Positions 61,763 through 64,000 of a stretch of DNA of 64,000 nucleotides are shown here, in pieces (position 1 is the first letter of the stretch; each line of letters begins with the position of its first letter). This DNA comes from Fibrobacteria bacterium. GTDB taxonomy: Bacteria > Fibrobacterota > Chitinivibrionia > Chitinivibrionales > FEN-1185. The stretch covers positions 139,415-203,414 of the forward strand of contig JBBIGR010000004.1 of NCBI GenBank assembly GCA_037447435.1. The letters run 5' to 3'. The notes under the pieces are model-generated. The model did no database searches. It was not told where the DNA came from and saw only the letters and a program-made list of their open reading frames with translations. A program made the translations under genes and the position numbers.

Positions 61763-63105
61763 TCAAGCCTCCTTCAAGGACGGTGTAGCTGGATTGAGCG
61801 ATTGGGGCCCTTTTCTCGCATTCGAGGTCAGTAAAAAGATGTCAACAAAGCCCAAAAAGCCGTACAGTAAAGTAAACCCGACCAAAGAGCCGATTACCTG
61901 AGCGGAGCTTATTGACCGGGAAGCAGCATCGGAAGTCCTTAACACATTGTAAACTATCCAGGGCTGGCGACCTACCTCCGCAACAATCCAACCGGCCTGA
62001 GCGGCCAGATACGGCAAAGGAATCGCAAAAACCAGCAGCCGCAAAACCAACCCGTATTTCTCGGCAGTTCCTTTACTGGCAATAAACACGCTTATCAGGG
62101 ACAGAAGTGCCATTGCCATGCCAAAAGCAAGCATAAACCGGTACCCGATGAAAACCGGCCATACCGGCGGGCGGTTTTCTTTAGGGAACGATTTGAGACC
62201 TTTGACTTCCGCGGAAGCGTCGTGATACGCCAACAGACTCAGCAATTTCGGACCCCCCATCGTTTCGACACTGTTTCGCTCACGCGAAGGATCGGGTATC
62301 ACCCAAAGGTTATAGGACGCACCGGTAACGTTTTCCCATTGCGATTCCATGGCCGCAAGTTTTGCCGGCTGATATTGTGCAACAAGTTCCGCCGACCAGG
62401 CACCACTTGTCAACATAAGCGCCAGACCGAACAATGAGAAAAACGCAGAGGTGCGGAATGAACGGTTGAAAAATTCAATTTCATTTTTCCTGATCAGGTG
62501 CCAGGCGGAAATTCCCATGACAAAAAAGGCTGCAACAAGGTACCCTGAAGAAACCGTATGGAAAAACTTCAGCCAACCGTATACATTGCTGATCAATGCT
62601 CCGAAATCAATCATTTCAGCACGGTTATTCCTTACGATAAAGCCCACAGGCCGCTGCATCCATCCATTTGCCAACAATATCCACACGGCAGAAAGGTTGG
62701 TTGCGAATGCAACGATCCAGATGGTGGCGCATGCATACGTTTTGAGATTTTTTTCCAGCCGAATACCCAAAGACCTATGAAAACCGACTCAAGGAAAAAA
62801 GCCAGCGTCGCCTCTATGGCAAGCGGAGCACCGAATATGTCCCCTACGTAGCGTGAATATTCCGCCCAATTCATCCCGAATTGAAATTCCATGGTTATGC
62901 CGGTGACAATTCCCAATGCAAAATTGATGAGGAAAAGTTTTCCCCAGAATTTTGCCATCCGGAGCCACACGGCGTTTCCGGATCGGACATAGCACGTTTC
63001 CATCCATGCAACCAGAATAGAAAGGCCGAGTGTCAAGGGGACAAAAATGAAATGGAAAGCACTTGTTATTGCAAACTGCAAACGACTCAGGGCTACAACA
63101 TCCAT
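61763..63105 (-). pseudogene. cydA: Cytochrome bd oxidase subunit I, split by an apparent 1-nt deletion near 62728-62730 (pseudogene or sequencing error)
   Basis: Upstream frame: [33 protein letters not shown]. Downstream frame: [39 protein letters not shown]. Confidence 0.88.
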
Positions 63106-63173
63106 GAAACCTCCCTAGTGAAGTCCCTACGTTTTGACGAAATTATATCTCCTATGCAATGAAATGCCCATTT

Positions 63174-63575
63174 TTATTTTGCAAGGCTTGCAACCGTAAA
63201 GCCGGCCAGTGTCGCCCGCAATTGGTCTTGTACCTTCTGCCATGCACGGTGCGCCCGACAGGTCTCATCGTTTTTGCAAGTCTTGCTTCTTAATAAACAA
63301 TGGTTGACCAGAATTGATCCTTCAACAGACTCAACAATGTCCAACAAGGTTATTTCTTCCGAAGGTTTTGCAAGTGAAAAGCCTCCCCCCACTCCGCGCG
63401 ATGACTGCACAATACCGGATTGCGAAAATCGTTGCATGATTTTTGCGAGAAAATTCTGAGGAGCGTCTATTGCGACAGCCATTTCGGCAATAAGAGCCTT
63501 CTGGTCTTTTTTCTGTCGGGCCAAATAAATAATTCCTCTGACAGCATACTCACCTTTTCTGGTCAACCCCATCAT
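63174..63575 (-). CDS. Rrf2 family transcriptional regulator with three Cys (Fe-S type)
   Basis: YAVR, FLAKI, SSRGVGGGFSLAK, ITLLDIVESVEG, CLLRSKTCKNDETCRAH. Confidence 0.92.
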   Translation of the reverse strand: MMGLTRKGEYAVRGIIYLARQKKDQKALIAEMAVAIDAPQNFLAKIMQRFSQSGIVQSSRGVGGGFSLAKPSEEITLLDIVESVEGSILVNHCLLRSKTCKNDETCRAHRAWQKVQDQLRATLAGFTVASLAK

Positions 63576-63719
63576 ACCATGAAACCTTCTTCCAATTCAG
63601 GATAAAAAGCATCTTTTAAGTCTTAAATTTACAATATTAACCTGAAGGTGTCAATTGCAATAGTTCATTGTTTGAATATCAGCAGGAATGCAAGCCGCGC
63701 TGCATGAACAATGACATTA

Positions 63720-64000
63720 TTACCACCCGTAATTCAGGGTCACATAGGCACGACGCGCATAATCGCCCATGCCGCCCATGGTAGCCCAACCTTCGCGTGC
63801 GGCTTGCGAGGGTGCGGGTCCGTCGTCTTCGGTAATATTGGCAACACCCAGGGTCAGGCGGATTTGCTCGGAAAACATATATGACATAGCGACATTAAGG
63901 CGATGCCGGGGATTGTCACGCGCAAAAAGAATGGCACGTATGTCATTGCTGCATAATATTGCCCCATTCGGCACCTGATTATTGTTTGATCCGGCACCCT
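63720..64000 (-). CDS. C-terminal end of a probable TonB-dependent receptor or beta-barrel (5'-truncated by the window edge)
   Basis: Frame is open to the window edge. LTLGVANI and RRAYVTLNYGW resemble the final TBDR strands, with a terminal aromatic residue. Confidence 0.6.
   Translation of the reverse strand, partial: GAGSNNNQVPNGAILCSNDIRAILFARDNPRHRLNVAMSYMFSEQIRLTLGVANITEDDGPAPSQAAREGWATMGGMGDYARRAYVTLNYGW

Overview
A 64-kb chromosomal segment from a Gram-negative bacterium, probably Fibrobacterota (Chitinivibrionia/Chitinispirillia-like). This is inferred from a TIGR02147-family gene paired with a DUF2341/LamG lipoprotein, T9SS-like C-terminal tails, and SecA insertions of the FCB type. 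Gene blocks in order: (1) a partial response regulator and a histidine kinase; (2) housekeeping genes (PpiD/SurA-like PPIase, CtpA, tmk, secA); (3) a signalling run of HTH-REC, orphan SBP, HAMP kinase, REC-HDOD, REC, FapA, PilZ and FliL-like; (4) the TIGR02147/lipoprotein pair; (5) an alpha-glucan utilisation locus without SusC/D (exported GalM, unknown beta-barrel, GH31, GH99/71-like, CBM35-CARDB-GH87, unknown secreted protein) with a repeated GTGAAC motif in its intergenic regions; (6) a sulfate assimilation operon of the sulfur-carrier thiocarboxylate type (ThiS-like, MoeB, Mec, DsrE2, TusA, Sir-TusA, DUF2061, cysH, cysD, cysN); (7) an Agl/Glt-like ExbB/ExbD/TonB cluster containing an unusual in-frame ExbB-ExbD fusion; (8) transglutaminase-like, membrane-anchored AraC, coiled-coil and TPR genes, plus an NTT-HEAT/cNMP/SBP operon; (9) argA, an Fe-S oxidoreductase, an aminotransferase, rrf2-cydA(frameshifted)-cydB, and the 3' end of a probable TonB-dependent receptor. 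I saw no rRNA, tRNA, CRISPR array, integrase or transposase. All family calls come from motif recognition by eye; no database searches were run.
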